Source of the DNA: an uncultured Bacteroidaceae bacterium
GTDB taxonomy: Bacteria > Bacteroidota > Bacteroidia > Bacteroidales > GCA-2748055
Assembly (NCBI GenBank): GCA_964572225.1
Contig: CAZNFR010000005.1
Coordinates: 1,383 to 65,382 of the forward strand
Direction of reading: 5' to 3'
Length of the DNA: 64,000 bases
The notes beneath the pieces are model-generated. The model had not been told where the DNA came from and ran no database searches. It worked only from the letters and a program-made list of their open reading frames with translations. The translations under genes and the position numbers were made by a program. Shown piece by piece: positions 53,421 to 62,636 of the stretch. Position 1 is the first letter of the stretch, and every line of letters begins with the position of its first letter.

Positions 53421-56045
53421 TCAGATCAGCTTAAGTATTTCTCTTACCTTATTTATAGAGGCATCAATGCCGCCGGGATTTTTTCCTCCTGCCGTTGCAA
53501 AGAAGGGTTGTCCTCCTCCTCCGCCCTGAATTTCCCCGGATACTTCGCGGATAATTTTGGATGCATCCAGTTGTTTGGTCTTAACCAGGTTTTCGGAGAT
53601 CATTATGGAAATATTCGCCTTGCCTTTAATGTCTGCTCCGAGGACAAGTACAAGATTGGTAAGATTGTTTTTTACCTGGAAAGAAATATCTCTAAGGAGG
53701 GATGCAGAATTCACCTCAATTTTCTCTCCTACGAAATTGATCCCGTTGATATCTTCCGTTTTTTGAGAGATCTGCTTTGAGATTATGGCTTTCTTTTCAG
53801 CCATTAGCTGTTCCAGTTCCTTTCCGGTTCCTTCCAGTTCTTCTCTCAATTGCTTTACACTGCCAGGGAGGTCTTTACTTGCCGGGAAAAGTGAGCGAAT
53901 GGTTTCATATTCCTGGTTCCTTTCCTGAACAAATTCCAGGGCTTTTTCACCTGAAACGGCCTCGATTCTTCGGATTCCGGCGGCAACAGCACTTTCTTTA
54001 AGAATGAGAAACAGTCCGATCTGGCCGGTTGCTTCCGCATGGGTTCCACCACAGAGTTCCACGGATTCCCCGAAGCGGATGACCCGCACACGGTCCCCGT
54101 ATTTTTCCCCAAAGAGAGCCATCGCGCCCATTCCCATAGCCTCTGCTATTGGCATTTCCCGATGTTCTTCACGAGGAATATTCTGACGGATCCTGCTATT
54201 AACGATCTTTTCAATTTCCAGTAATTCTTCCTGGGTTATTTTGGAGAAGTGGGAAAAATCGAACCGCAGGTAATCGGGGTGAACCAGACTTCCCTTTTGT
54301 TCCACATGATCCCCCAGAACCTCTCTGAGGGCATGATGCAGAAGATGGGTGGAGGTGTGGTTATTTACGGTATTAATCCTCATTCCGCTGTTTACCACTG
54401 CGGTAAATTCAATTGTGAGATCCTTTGGGAGCTCTTTGGTTATATGGACAATAAGCTCGTTTTCCTTTTCAGTCTGTATAATACTGTATTTTTTCCCAAC
54501 ACCTTCAATATATCCTGTATCCCCTACCTGTCCGCCGCTCTCAGCATAGAACGGGGTCTGATTGAAAACCAGCTGGTAAAGGTCCTTTCCTTTCTGACTG
54601 ATCTTTCTGAATCGGGTAATCTTTACCCTGGATCTGAGCTGTTCATACCCGGTAAATTCAGTGCCTTCCGTTTCTTCCAGAATGGTCCAGTCACCCGTCT
54701 CCTTGCTGGCATCCTCCCTCGACCTTCCTTTTTGAAGGGTCATTTCCCGGTTGTATTCTTCCATGTTCACTTCCATGTTTTTTTCCTGGAGGATAAGCCG
54801 GGTAAGGTCGATGGGAAAGCCATAGGTGTCATAAAGTTCAAACGCGGTTTTTCCACTTACCAGGGTAGAATCCGTTTTCCTGTTTTCCTCCGTAAGAGTT
54901 TCAAGCAGGCTGATTCCTTTGTCGAGGGTGCGAAGGAAGGATTGCTCTTCCTCCCTTATTACCCTTTTGATCAATTCCTGCTGTGCAGAAAGCTCAGGGT
55001 AGGCTGTACCCATAAAGTCGGTCAGTGGATCCACGAGCTGATAGAGAAAGGGTTCATTTTGACCAAGAAAGGTGAAGGCATACCGGACTGCCCTGCGGAG
55101 AATTCTGCGAATCACATACCCGGCCTTATTATTGGAAGGTAACTGTCCGTCGGTAATCGCAAAAGAAATGGCCCGGATGTGATCAGAAATTACCCGCATG
55201 GCAATGTCGTTTGAAGGATCCTTACCATAGCTGATTCCGGTTAGTTCCGTAATTTTGGAGATCAATCCCTGAAAAATATCGGTATCATAGTTGGATCTTT
55301 TTCCCTGCACTACCATGCAAAGTCGTTCAAACCCCATCCCCGTATCCACATGCTTTTGAGGCAGTGGATGTAGCTTACCACCGGCATCCCTGTTAAACTG
55401 TATAAATACCAGGTTCCATATTTCAATTACCTCAGGATGATCTGCGTTAACCAGTTCACGACCTGATTTATCCTTCTTTTTCTCCTCAGGTCTTATATCC
55501 ACATGGATCTCTGAACAGGGTCCACAAGGTCCCGTATCACCCATTTCCCAGAAGTTATCTTTTTTAGAACCTGTAAGGATTTGATTTTCAGGAAGATATT
55601 CTTTCCAGATATTCATGGCCTCCTCATCCAAATCGGTATTATCCTCCTTATTACCTTCAAATACCGTGGCATACAGGTTTGAAGGATCAATTTTCATCAC
55701 CTTCGTCAGGAATTCCCAGGCATGATCAATGGCTTCTTTTTTGAAATAATCGCCAAAAGACCAGTTACCCAGCATTTCAAACATGGTATGATGATAGGTG
55801 TCTTTCCCAACCTCCTCAAGATCATTATGTTTTCCTGATACCCTCAGGCATTTCTGGGAGTTTGCCACTCTTTTGCTCTCCGGTTTCCGATTCCCCAAAA
55901 AGATATCTTTAAACTGGTTCATCCCAGCATTGGTAAACATAAGAGTGGGGTCATTTTTAATGACCATAGGTGCTGAATCAACGATGAAATGGTCCTTCTC
56001 ACGAAAAAAATCAAAAAACGCCTGTCTGATCTCACTGGAATTCAT
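53421..56045 (-). CDS. alaS: Alanine--tRNA ligase
   Basis: DPTLMFTNAGMNQFK, HHTMFEMLGNWSFGDYFK, DTGMGFERL, NHTSTHLLH, ELCGGTH, GGGGG DHHA1 end. Confidence 0.98.
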   Translation of the reverse strand: MNSSEIRQAFFDFFREKDHFIVDSAPMVIKNDPTLMFTNAGMNQFKDIFLGNRKPESKRVANSQKCLRVSGKHNDLEEVGKDTYHHTMFEMLGNWSFGDYFKKEAIDHAWEFLTKVMKIDPSNLYATVFEGNKEDNTDLDEEAMNIWKEYLPENQILTGSKKDNFWEMGDTGPCGPCSEIHVDIRPEEKKKDKSGRELVNADHPEVIEIWNLVFIQFNRDAGGKLHPLPQKHVDTGMGFERLCMVVQGKRSNYDTDIFQGLISKITELTGISYGKDPSNDIAMRVISDHIRAISFAITDGQLPSNNKAGYVIRRILRRAVRYAFTFLGQNEPFLYQLVDPLTDFMGTAYPELSAQQELIKRVIREEEQSFLRTLDKGISLLETLTEENRKTDSTLVSGKTAFELYDTYGFPIDLTRLILQEKNMEVNMEEYNREMTLQKGRSREDASKETGDWTILEETEGTEFTGYEQLRSRVKITRFRKISQKGKDLYQLVFNQTPFYAESGGQVGDTGYIEGVGKKYSIIQTEKENELIVHITKELPKDLTIEFTAVVNSGMRINTVNNHTSTHLLHHALREVLGDHVEQKGSLVHPDYLRFDFSHFSKITQEELLEIEKIVNSRIRQNIPREEHREMPIAEAMGMGAMALFGEKYGDRVRVIRFGESVELCGGTHAEATGQIGLFLILKESAVAAGIRRIEAVSGEKALEFVQERNQEYETIRSLFPASKDLPGSVKQLREELEGTGKELEQLMAEKKAIISKQISQKTEDINGINFVGEKIEVNSASLLRDISFQVKNNLTNLVLVLGADIKGKANISIMISENLVKTKQLDASKIIREVSGEIQGGGGGQPFFATAGGKNPGGIDASINKVREILKLI

Positions 56046-56158
56046 TCTTACTATTTAAATTAATTTTAAATTATATAAAACTTGTAACATTAAAGATGAA
56101 AGGCCTGTAAAAATCAATGCAGGCCGGGTAATCGGTTGTAAAATTAATTTATTTCATT

Positions 56159-56166
56159 TACATTTG
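56159..56166 (+). promoter_or_regulatory. -7 element for the M23 cluster
   Basis: TACATTTG, with TTG about 20 nt upstream. Confidence 0.6.
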
Positions 56167-56210
56167 GCGTCTACCCGAGATTAATTTGTTGTTAGTATTG
56201 ATTGTTTACC

Positions 56211-57164
56211 ATGTTCAGGGCTAAGTATTATTATAATTCCGAAACATTGCGTTTTGAGAAGGTAAAATCAACTTTCTCAGAAAATTTGAAGAAAGGAGGA
56301 GTCATTCTCCTGGGAATCGGAGTATTGGTCATTGGATCCAGGTTGCTTCTCGATGATAAACTGGAAAGTCCAAAAGTAAAATACTTCACCAAAAGAAATA
56401 CAGAGCTCAGGGAGGCTTATCAGACCCTCAATTCTGAATTAACCAAAGCCGAACAGGTTTTATCGGAGATTGGCTTGAGAGACGATAATTTATACCGTTC
56501 GGTTTTTGATTTGGAGCCCATTCCCAGTTCGGTTCGGGAAGCAGGTTTTGGGGGATCTGACGAGTATAGCGCGGAGCTTTATTCCAGAAATTCTGAATTT
56601 GTGTACTCTACTGCCCAGAAACTTGATCAACTTTCAACCAAAGCCAGGATTCAGTCAGTATCCCTTTCCACATTATACAGAAAAGCCAAAGAGCAACGGG
56701 AACTTCTTCGCCGAAAACCATCCATACAACCCATTTCTCCAGCCGACAGATTTTGGCTCACTTCTACCTTCGGCTATCGATGGGACCCATTCACAAAGGC
56801 ACGCAGAATGCATCAGGGCATAGACCTGGCAGGAGAGGTTGGTTTGCAGATCTATGCCAGTGGAGATGGGGTGGTTGTGGCGGCCGAATATAATCACCAT
56901 GGATATGGTAATGAAGTTGTGATTGATCATGGGTTCGGTTATGAATCCATTTATGCTCATCTGGATGAGATTCTGGTGAAAAAAGGGCAAAACGTAAAAA
57001 GAGGCGAACTTATTGGAAAACTTGGTTCCACCGGCCGTTCTACGGGACCTCACCTTCATTATGAGATTCGGAAGAATTCCCAGCCAGTAAATCCCATGTA
57101 TTTCTTCTACGAGGACCTTACTCCCGGGGAATATGAGGAAATTATCGCTCTTACCCTTCCCTGA
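56211..57164 (+). CDS. M23 family metallopeptidase (paralogue 1)
   Basis: N-terminal TM and coiled coil; MHQGIDL (HxxxD), GRSTGPHLHYE (HxH). ATG at 56211. Confidence 0.92.
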   Translation: MFRAKYYYNSETLRFEKVKSTFSENLKKGGVILLGIGVLVIGSRLLLDDKLESPKVKYFTKRNTELREAYQTLNSELTKAEQVLSEIGLRDDNLYRSVFDLEPIPSSVREAGFGGSDEYSAELYSRNSEFVYSTAQKLDQLSTKARIQSVSLSTLYRKAKEQRELLRRKPSIQPISPADRFWLTSTFGYRWDPFTKARRMHQGIDLAGEVGLQIYASGDGVVVAAEYNHHGYGNEVVIDHGFGYESIYAHLDEILVKKGQNVKRGELIGKLGSTGRSTGPHLHYEIRKNSQPVNPMYFFYEDLTPGEYEEIIALTLP

Positions 57165-57273
57165 TCAGGGAAAACCCGCATTTTGTCATCAAAATTGTTA
57201 ATTTAATCACACTATTTTTAGGCTAACTGATTGATTTTTTATTATTTTTAGCCCAATTCAGACCCTTCTGTCT

Positions 57274-58239
57274 ATGAGCAGGAACCGATTTGTATTTAAG
57301 CCCGATAAACTTGAGTATCATCAGGTTGGTAATAACCTGAGTTACAGGGTGGGAAGAATACTTTGGATTACCGCATCGGGCCTTTTGGGTGGTTTTTTAA
57401 TAATCCTCTTTTATTCCCTCTTTTTCGATACGCCCCGGGAAAGGGAATTGAGAGAAGAAAACAGTTCTCTGTCCAGGGACCATGAATTGCTTTCCCAGAA
57501 ATACGAAGAGCAGGTGGATACAGTTTTACGGGAACTGGTCAGAATTGATGGAAATATTTACCGTGCAATTTTCGAGACCGAACCGCTCAACAGCCCCACG
57601 GAAAAATCCCGGATCCGGGATTACAGTCACTTGTTCAAACTGGTAAGTAAAATTATTGTCGACAGCACCGTGAATGAATTGAATGCGCTGATTAGGGATG
57701 TCCGCTTAAATTCGTTGGAATATGTCAATCTGGAAAGAAACCTGTCCCGAAAACAGGAAATGCTTGCTGTTATCCCGGGGATTCAGCCCATAAAGAATGA
57801 TGACCTTACCCGGCTTGCCTCTGGTTATGGTGAACGTATGCATCCCTATTATAAAATTGTCAAGTTTCACAGCGGGATAGACTTTACTGCACCTACCGGC
57901 ACAGAAGTATATGCTACGGGAGGTGGAACTATAGAAGAGATTGACCGTACAAGGAGGGGAAAAGGGAATACCCTCGTTGTTAACCATGGTTTTGGTTATA
58001 AAACAATTTACGCTCACCTCGACGATTTTAATGTGAGAACCGGGCAGAAGGTTGAGCGGGGTGAAGTGATCGGTTGGGTTGGGAATACCGGATTATCGGT
58101 TGCGCCACATCTTCATTACGAAGTGTTGTTAAATGGTGAAAATATGGATCCGATACATTATTTTTTCCTTGACCTTGATCCGGTTAAATACGATAAGATC
58201 ATTGAATTATCAGCAAAATCAGGACAATCATTTGATTAA
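57274..58239 (+). CDS. M23 family metallopeptidase (paralogue 2)
   Basis: TM and coiled coil; FHSGIDF, GLSVAPHLHYE. Confidence 0.92.
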   Translation: MSRNRFVFKPDKLEYHQVGNNLSYRVGRILWITASGLLGGFLIILFYSLFFDTPRERELREENSSLSRDHELLSQKYEEQVDTVLRELVRIDGNIYRAIFETEPLNSPTEKSRIRDYSHLFKLVSKIIVDSTVNELNALIRDVRLNSLEYVNLERNLSRKQEMLAVIPGIQPIKNDDLTRLASGYGERMHPYYKIVKFHSGIDFTAPTGTEVYATGGGTIEEIDRTRRGKGNTLVVNHGFGYKTIYAHLDDFNVRTGQKVERGEVIGWVGNTGLSVAPHLHYEVLLNGENMDPIHYFFLDLDPVKYDKIIELSAKSGQSFD

Positions 58240-58251
58240 CAAATACTCATT

Positions 58252-59229
58252 GTGTTGAAAAAGAAATTCAGGTACAATCCGGAAACCTTAACCTTCCAGC
58301 CCGACAGCCCGGTGCTGAGGGTAAGACTGATTCGTTCTTTGCCGGTTTTGGGTATAGCTCTGGTGTTTGTTTTAACTACCTTGCATCTTTTCCAAAATAA
58401 ATTCAAGTCACCCACGGTCTTGAAATTTGAGAAGCAAAAGGCCGAGTATTCTTTAAAGTTCCGGTATCTTTCGGACAAGATTCAAAGTGCTTCGGCCGTT
58501 TTAGAGCATATTCAGTATAATGATGATCATATCTATCGAACGTATTTTGAAGTGCCTCCCCTGCCAGCTTCCCAAAGGGACGCAGGATTTGGTGGAAACG
58601 CAGGTTCACCCGGATTCTATGGCACCGAATTCATCTCTCTTCTCCGGGAACTTGACGAAGAGCTGAATTCACTCTCCAAAAAGCTGAATATTCAGTCAAA
58701 GTCCTACAAGGAGATCATGGAATTAATTAAGGTGAAGGAGAAGAGGCTGGCAGCCCGGCCTGCCATCCAACCCTTAAGCATAAAGGATCTGACACGGTTC
58801 GGTTCAGCCTTTGGAATGCGGATGCATCCCATTTTGCAAGTGAATAAAATGCATGAAGGAATCGATCTGACTGCTCCCAGGGGTACGCCGGTTTATGCTA
58901 CAGCCGACGGAACGATTGGTTTTGCTTCATTTACTACCGGGGGGTATGGGAATAAAATTATCATTGACCATGGCTACGGATATCAGACCCTTTATGGTCA
59001 TCTTTTTAAAATGAATGTGGCTCCCGGTGACAAAGTGAAAAGGGGTGATGTAATCGGCACTGTTGGGTCCACAGGGCTCTCCACCACACCACACCTTCAT
59101 TACGAGGTGATCGTCAACAACCGGAAAGTTAATCCGATCCACTATTATGCCAATGACCTCTCGGCCGATGAATTTGATAAAATGATAAGACTGCTTTCCG
59201 AAGCCGATCCTTCCTTCGATATCAATTAA
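58252..59229 (+). CDS. M23 family metallopeptidase (paralogue 3)
   Basis: KFRYNPETL N-terminus, TM, coiled coil; MHEGIDL, GLSTTPHLHYE. GTG/TTG start. Confidence 0.92.
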   Translation: MLKKKFRYNPETLTFQPDSPVLRVRLIRSLPVLGIALVFVLTTLHLFQNKFKSPTVLKFEKQKAEYSLKFRYLSDKIQSASAVLEHIQYNDDHIYRTYFEVPPLPASQRDAGFGGNAGSPGFYGTEFISLLRELDEELNSLSKKLNIQSKSYKEIMELIKVKEKRLAARPAIQPLSIKDLTRFGSAFGMRMHPILQVNKMHEGIDLTAPRGTPVYATADGTIGFASFTTGGYGNKIIIDHGYGYQTLYGHLFKMNVAPGDKVKRGDVIGTVGSTGLSTTPHLHYEVIVNNRKVNPIHYYANDLSADEFDKMIRLLSEADPSFDIN

Positions 59230-59394
59230 TCGGAAAAACCATACTCACGAATCGAAATCCTGCAATTCGGACAGGAACTTTTGAACATTCTTTTTATTTT
59301 CAGGCAAATTTTTTTTTGAGCGCAGACTTTTAGCTGCAGAATCGACCGGAAGTATTCAAGGATCTTAACGAATCTTTGTTTTTTTATATCAATT

Positions 59395-60600
59395 ATGACA
59401 AAATCAATACAAAATAGAATCCCTGAAGTGAAAACCAGCCGCATTCTGGTTATATTGATATTACTGGTGATCCCTTTTTATTCGATGCACTCGCAGGTTC
59501 CGGGTGATTATTCCGGATTCCGGGATAGAATGAAAATAAAGGACAGAGCAGGGGCAAGGCTTACCATCAATCCGCCCGACAGTTCACTGATTGTCGGAGC
59601 CTGGACGGGCAGAGACCTTGTTCCACTCAGGACGATCAGGATTATGGCAGTAGGTGATATCATGCCCGGAACCGATTATCCTGATCCTTCCTATCTCCCT
59701 CCTTCCTGCTCCGAGTTGTTTGATCCGGTTCGCAGCCTGCTTTCCGGAGCCGACCTGGCTGTCGGAAACCTGGAGGGGGTATTTTCCTCCCGTGGAGGTA
59801 GTCCCAAGAATTGCAATGATCCGAAAACCTGTTACGTCTTCAGGATGCCCGACGATTATCTCGATTGCATAATGGATGCAGGATTTGACCTGCTTGGGGT
59901 TGCCAATAATCATGTAAATGATTTTGGGTATCAGGGAAGGTTGAATACCATTGATCTTCTGACCCGCAAAGGGGTTCCCTTTGCCGGATTCCCCTCTCAT
60001 TCCTATACCATCGTTGAATCGGCGGGGTTGAAAATCGGATTCTGTGCCTTTGCCCCACATACCGGAACGCTCGATCTCAAAGATTATAATGCAGCCGCTG
60101 CCCTTGTGGGTATCCTTAAAGAAAAGACTGACCTGGTCATTGTTTCCTTCCATGGAGGGGCAGAGGGCCGGGATCATCAACACGTTACCGGGAAAGATGA
60201 GATTTACCTTGGTTACAACCGGGGGAATATCCGTTACTTTTCCCAACGCGTCATTGAAGCGGGAGCAGATCTGGTTTTTGGCCATGGCCCCCATGTGGTA
60301 AGAGCCATGGAATTTTATCAGGGTAAACTGATTGCCTACAGCCTGGGTAACTTTTGTACCTACCGTAGGTTCAATCTCTCCGGTCCTAATGCCTATGCCC
60401 CGATCCTGGAAGTGGAAATGGATGAATTCGGAAATTTCCAATATGGAAAAATCCATTCTTTTCTTCAGCTCGGGGAAGGTGGACCCGTTCCTGATCCTGA
60501 AGAAAATGCTTTCAACCGGATAAAGGATCTCTCGAATTTTGATTTTCCTGATACCGGTCCCCGCTTTGAAACTAAAGGAAACTTTACTCTGCAGAAATGA
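59395..60600 (+). CDS. CapA/PGA_cap family metallophosphoesterase-fold exported protein
   Basis: AVGDIM, GNLEG, ANNHVND, SFHGG, GHGPHV, YSLGNF; N-terminal hydrophobic signal. Confidence 0.9.
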   Translation: MTKSIQNRIPEVKTSRILVILILLVIPFYSMHSQVPGDYSGFRDRMKIKDRAGARLTINPPDSSLIVGAWTGRDLVPLRTIRIMAVGDIMPGTDYPDPSYLPPSCSELFDPVRSLLSGADLAVGNLEGVFSSRGGSPKNCNDPKTCYVFRMPDDYLDCIMDAGFDLLGVANNHVNDFGYQGRLNTIDLLTRKGVPFAGFPSHSYTIVESAGLKIGFCAFAPHTGTLDLKDYNAAAALVGILKEKTDLVIVSFHGGAEGRDHQHVTGKDEIYLGYNRGNIRYFSQRVIEAGADLVFGHGPHVVRAMEFYQGKLIAYSLGNFCTYRRFNLSGPNAYAPILEVEMDEFGNFQYGKIHSFLQLGEGGPVPDPEENAFNRIKDLSNFDFPDTGPRFETKGNFTLQK

Positions 60601-62057
60601 GATTTATTGCAACATTCCTGTTATCCGGGTTGTGGATGTCCGGATTCACCCAGTTTAATGCCGACAGCCTTTTTAGTACCGATAGTATTGACTTCCTTAT
60701 TCCCACATTTCGGGGCAATACGGAAAGAAACTTTTATGGGGATGGAAGGATCAACCGCCTGGATCTGATATGGAAATTTGAACTGGGCGAGGGAATTACG
60801 GTTATCAGCCGAAAATTAGGTGAGCGAACCTGGCAGGGAGCCGGATGGACGGGTCAGCCTCTGTTGATTGCAGAAGGAAAGGATACCTTTGTTATTCAGG
60901 GGGCTTATGATCATCATCTGAGGAAGATCAATGCCCTAACCGGTAAAGAAGTTTGGAGATACAAGTATGACGATGTTATAAAAAGTACCGGTACAATCTG
61001 GGCTAACAGAAACGCCCGAAACCGGGAAGAATCCATTGTCATTATGCAGGGAAGCAGACTCGGGATCCATCATTACCTGGACACCGATTTTGTGCCCAGT
61101 TACCGCGGGATTTCCTATTTCACCGGAAAAGAATTATGGCGACTCGATGTGGAATTTACCGACTCCTACAGCCGGGATGTGGATGCCTCATCGGTCATGT
61201 TTGACGATACTGCCTATATCGGACTCGAAAACTCCCGTTTTATCGTCTTTAATCCGGATCCTGCCAGGGCAAGCCTGAAGGACAGTATGCTTCAGCCAGA
61301 GATTTATGAATATCATGATCTCTATACTCCTGAAGATGTAAAAAAGCATGGCGGAAATGTGGTTACCGAATCATCCCCGGCCATACTTGGTGACAGGATT
61401 TACCTGGCCTCGGGATCAGGACATGTATATGGTTACCACCTCAGGAAGAGAAAGATTGACTGGGATTTCTACATTTGTTCAGATATGGATGGATCGGTAG
61501 TTGTAACCAGAGACAGTTGTATTCTGGTTTCAGTTGAGAAACAATATATAAAAGGAGAAGGGGGTGTATTTAAACTGAATCCGGAATATATCGGGGATTC
61601 TGCAGTCGTTTGGTACCAACCCGTAGGAGATACATCCTATTTTAGCTGGGAAGGAGGAGTTATAGGAACTGCAGGTGTAAACGACCGGTATATAACCGGA
61701 GGGCAAACCGCCCTGGCCGTTTTTACCGCACTCGACGGATACACCTACCTGGTTGCACACGAAGAAGTGAGAAAAGATACTCTGGTTACCGGACCGGACG
61801 GGAAAAAACAGTTTCACCCACCAGTCCTGGTTAACAAACTGGAAACCGGACCCGGGATCGCTTCCCCCATAATTACGGCCGACAGAATTATTGTTCCAGG
61901 CTATGAAGGATTATTCTTATACAGCTATTTGCCCGATGGCAAAACGGAATTGCTGGACCGCCTGGGGGTGGCCTTTGAAGCAAGCCCGGTCATCTGGGGC
62001 AATAAACTGTTTATCGCCGGAAGAAACGGTTTTTTCTACTGCCTCGGAGAAAAATAG
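60597..62057 (+). CDS. Secreted PQQ-like beta-propeller protein
   Basis: Signal peptide; repeated xxG...W blades (TGKEVWRY, TGKELWRL, KIDWDF, VVWY); TFRGNTER and GWTGQPL motifs. ATGA overlap with the capA-like gene. Confidence 0.8.
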   Translation: MRFIATFLLSGLWMSGFTQFNADSLFSTDSIDFLIPTFRGNTERNFYGDGRINRLDLIWKFELGEGITVISRKLGERTWQGAGWTGQPLLIAEGKDTFVIQGAYDHHLRKINALTGKEVWRYKYDDVIKSTGTIWANRNARNREESIVIMQGSRLGIHHYLDTDFVPSYRGISYFTGKELWRLDVEFTDSYSRDVDASSVMFDDTAYIGLENSRFIVFNPDPARASLKDSMLQPEIYEYHDLYTPEDVKKHGGNVVTESSPAILGDRIYLASGSGHVYGYHLRKRKIDWDFYICSDMDGSVVVTRDSCILVSVEKQYIKGEGGVFKLNPEYIGDSAVVWYQPVGDTSYFSWEGGVIGTAGVNDRYITGGQTALAVFTALDGYTYLVAHEEVRKDTLVTGPDGKKQFHPPVLVNKLETGPGIASPIITADRIIVPGYEGLFLYSYLPDGKTELLDRLGVAFEASPVIWGNKLFIAGRNGFFYCLGEK

Positions 62058-62116
62058 AGATTCAGATTGATTTTTGTCTGCATTTTTCTTACTTTGGGAT
62101 TCAATTCAAAATCCCT

Positions 62117-62455
62117 ATGCCTTACAAGGAGCCCACAGTCGAAAAACTTTTCTACTCTATAGGAGAAGTGGCTGAAATCTTTAACGTAAATACCTCACTA
62201 ATCCGATTTTGGGAAAAGGAATTTACCATTATCAAGCCTAAAAAAAACAAAAAGGGAAATCGGTTATTTACCAAAGAGGACATTGAAAACTTCCATATAA
62301 TCTACCATCTTGTCAAAGAAAGAGGTATGACACTTAAGGGCGCCCAGAAAAAAATGAAGGAAAACCGGGAAGATACCGTAAATAATTTCGAGGTTATACG
62401 AACCCTGGAAGGGATCAAACAAATGCTGCTGGAAATTAAGGAAGAAATGGATTAG
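62117..62455 (+). CDS. MerR family transcriptional regulator (Bacteroidota short type)
   Basis: YSIGEVAEIFNVNTSLIRFWEKEF..KPKKNKKGNRLFT, GMTLKGA. Confidence 0.92.
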   Translation: MPYKEPTVEKLFYSIGEVAEIFNVNTSLIRFWEKEFTIIKPKKNKKGNRLFTKEDIENFHIIYHLVKERGMTLKGAQKKMKENREDTVNNFEVIRTLEGIKQMLLEIKEEMD

Positions 62456-62636
62456 CTGTACAAATCAGGACAATTTCCCTTTTTCTGACTACCCATATTA
62501 TTTCAAAGACAAAAATGATGGTAACAGGGAAACAAATATTAATGAACAATTTTAACGGTATTGACTTATAGCAATAATGGCAGGAATATGATCTTTCATT
62601 TAGGGTAAATCCCAAGCAATCAAAAAAAGTAAACGA

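Noticed and set aside
54249-55142. 297-aa ORF opposite alaS
   Set aside because: It is a shadow ORF of an essential conserved gene.
59258-59276. Intrinsic terminator after the third M23 gene (TCCTG-N9-CAGGA)
   Set aside because: The stem is only 5 bp with a weak U-tract, too weak to call.
59584-60456. 290-aa antisense ORF
   Set aside because: It is a shadow of the capA-like gene, with no recognisable domain or promoter.
59395-60600. Poly-gamma-glutamate capsule locus
   Set aside because: There is no capB, capC or capE in the window.
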